NCBI RefSeq assembly: GCF_035084215.1
Contig: NC_090328.1
Span: 138,012,001-138,076,000 of the forward strand
Origin: Heptranchias perlo
Taxonomy: Eukaryota
Direction: 5' to 3'
Length of the DNA stretch: 64,000 nt
In this document: positions 61,816-64,000 of the stretch, one piece after another
Position numbering within the stretch: position 1 is the first letter of the stretch
Layout of the letters: each line of letters begins with the position of its first letter
Program-made: the position numbers and the translations under genes
The notes under the pieces: model-generated
Databases searched by the model: none
Told to the model about the DNA's origin: nothing
The model's input: only the letters and a program-made list of their open reading frames with translations

Positions 61816-64000
61816 AGGCAAAATGACCTGCCAACTTGGGCTCACACATGAAGAACTGCTGGTACCAGTGGAACAACACCCCAGCACGAGTCGATGCTTT
61901 CAGTGGAGGAGAGAAATTTGGGGGAGGCAGTATAAATTGCTTTGTAACTTGGTATTGCAGCAGATGTAGCATCTGATGTAGTGGGAAACTGTCAGTATGG
62001 CAGTAGTCTTTGGACCAGATCATTCTACTCTATTCCAAGAAATTTCCCAACTACCATTTGGAGGAAGGAAAGAGCCAAAATGAGCTCCATGTTACTTCCG
62101 CCATACTTATATCACACACACCATTTTTGCAACAGAATGGCATTATTTGATTCCAATGTGAACAATGTCATCATGCTACAACTTGCCGAACAACCTGACA
62201 AAATTCAGTTCACCGTAAGTTAAAACTAACGTGGTGAAATTCCATCATTCACGAAAACCAAGAGATAGCTTGTTTTTCACAGTATTTCATGGACCCACTA
62301 ACAAAATCATGTCTTCATAAATCATTTCAAAGCTGTGCATGTCCTCAGTGGGTTGTTAATTACTGACCAAAACAAGCATTCTCCTGTTGTTTTCATTAGA
62401 AGAGGAATTTTACCCTTTTAGCACCGTTACACAACAGGCAAGTTAAAAACAGGTGAGTGAAGAAATGAACAAACAGAACAGATCCTTTCTGCTACCATTC
62501 TCAACAGAGTCAAACACAGATTCAGAAGGGTTACACAAACATACGGTTAATTAGTTCTGCGCCATCTGTTGAAGGTCTTTTGTTTGTTATACAGTTCCTG
62601 GCAAGGCTGCTGTGATTTCAGGCTACTGTGCAGAGTTCCCTTCTCATATAATCTGATTAAGAATGACTCTTTTTAAAATCTTTCCATTCAGGTTTGCTTC
62701 AGCTGGGAACATTTTGCCAAGTTGTATCTGGGAGACATTTGCTGATAGACACCCATAAAACACTCAACCATATTCCACCTTGAATACAAAACTCAAATGT
62801 CAGAACATATCTAACATGAACGGGGGAAATAAACTGTTTACTATGTTTCCTCCAATTTCCATGCCTTTTAAATTAATTTTAAATTAATTACTGGAAACAG
62901 CACTTGGCATCACAGAGCATGGATAATATTGCTCACAAAGAGATGCCATTTGCCACTACTGAATATCTTGATCACAATGCCAAAAAAATGCCAGCAGATG
63001 CCATGTGTTGTATTCACACTGTCCTGCAAAGGGGATGAAGAAAAGCCATCAAAAATGGAGTACATGTTTGTGTCTGCTTATTAAAAAAAAACTACATTAC
63101 GTCCCAAACCGCCAAACCAGCAATAAAATAACCAGACACACAGGCAACTTGGTTATGCAGTATAATAGTGCACTAACCTGCTGTGAAGTTTAAAGATCCC
63201 TCTCCCATTCCCAATTCCATACAAACAAATTTCCAGTCTCAAACAGGCTTACTGCAGGTGGTACTGAGCAGAGGTGACACATTTTTCCTGAGGGAGGCAG
63301 AGAAAATTGGAAGGTTAGTCAACCAAGTCTTCTCTTGTGCCCCTCTTTCTCATTGTTTACATAGCAGAATTATCAGAGGCTTGGGAATAACAACGTTGCC
63401 TCCCCTTCCCTGTGGGTTGCGGTCCTGCAAATAGTCATTTGATGAGAAATTGAATTTCAGGAGCCTCTGGCTGCCCAAAGTGCATGTCCCAGGCTAATGA
63501 GTTTCATTCAGATAAAATAGCTACATATTAGTAAATTCACTCAAGATGGCTGCCTAAGAGGCACCAGCAATCCCCCACAAAGATGGTGCTGAACTCATTT
63601 TAGTCAGTGGCTAGTGTAAAAATAAAAGGCAGTACTAGATTAAGGCAATGCATTAAAATCTGATCTTAAGGTTAACACTAGTATCTACATAATCCTGTAT
63701 TTCATTGGAAAAGAGTAAAAGGACACCATCTGCCATTCTATGAGGTTTAGTGTTACTTAATTCCCAGCCTGCTTTCTAAATGGCCAATACATTTTTAAAT
63801 AAATTAAAGCTCACTTACAGTGCATGCTATTAAGACCCAGTGATTTGAGTTCTTCAGATTTTTTAAACCAGAAATCTCTACAATCCTTCATACTCCTTAA
63901 TTAGACTTCATTCTTCATCCCTGAGTGATTCTAGTCCCTGTCTAACTATTATTTTACTTATTACATGCTTGTAAAAGCCCTTACTATTTCCTTTTATATT

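Overview
Eukaryotic, repeat-rich vertebrate DNA, very likely from a shark or other cartilaginous fish; this is inferred from the repeat families seen (abundant CR1 LINEs, L2, Deu-domain SINEs, Penelope termini, Harbinger derivatives). The only host-gene coding sequence I recognise is a 96-nt minus-strand exon at 1767-1862 encoding MKAADSVMAGKASDGSIKWQLCYDMSARTWWM and followed by a GTGAGT donor. It matches, from memory, the alternative N-terminal exon of nuclear factor I/A (NFIA). The rest of NFIA lies to the left of the window, so about 62 kb here is upstream or intergenic sequence. That region holds more than 20 truncated or nested CR1 pieces (one with an uninterrupted 538-aa RT reading frame), a complete internally deleted Harbinger element plus several relatives, a palindromic MITE, a Gypsy pol relic and an LTR with its polypurine tract. 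It also holds Penelope-like termini carrying recognisable but mutated minimal hammerhead ribozymes. I found no convincing previously undescribed biological system. The best leads are the conserved NFIA exon, the hammerhead motifs and the Harbinger family. Repeat boundaries are by eye and approximate unless a TSD or TIR is quoted, and family names come from recall, not from database searches.
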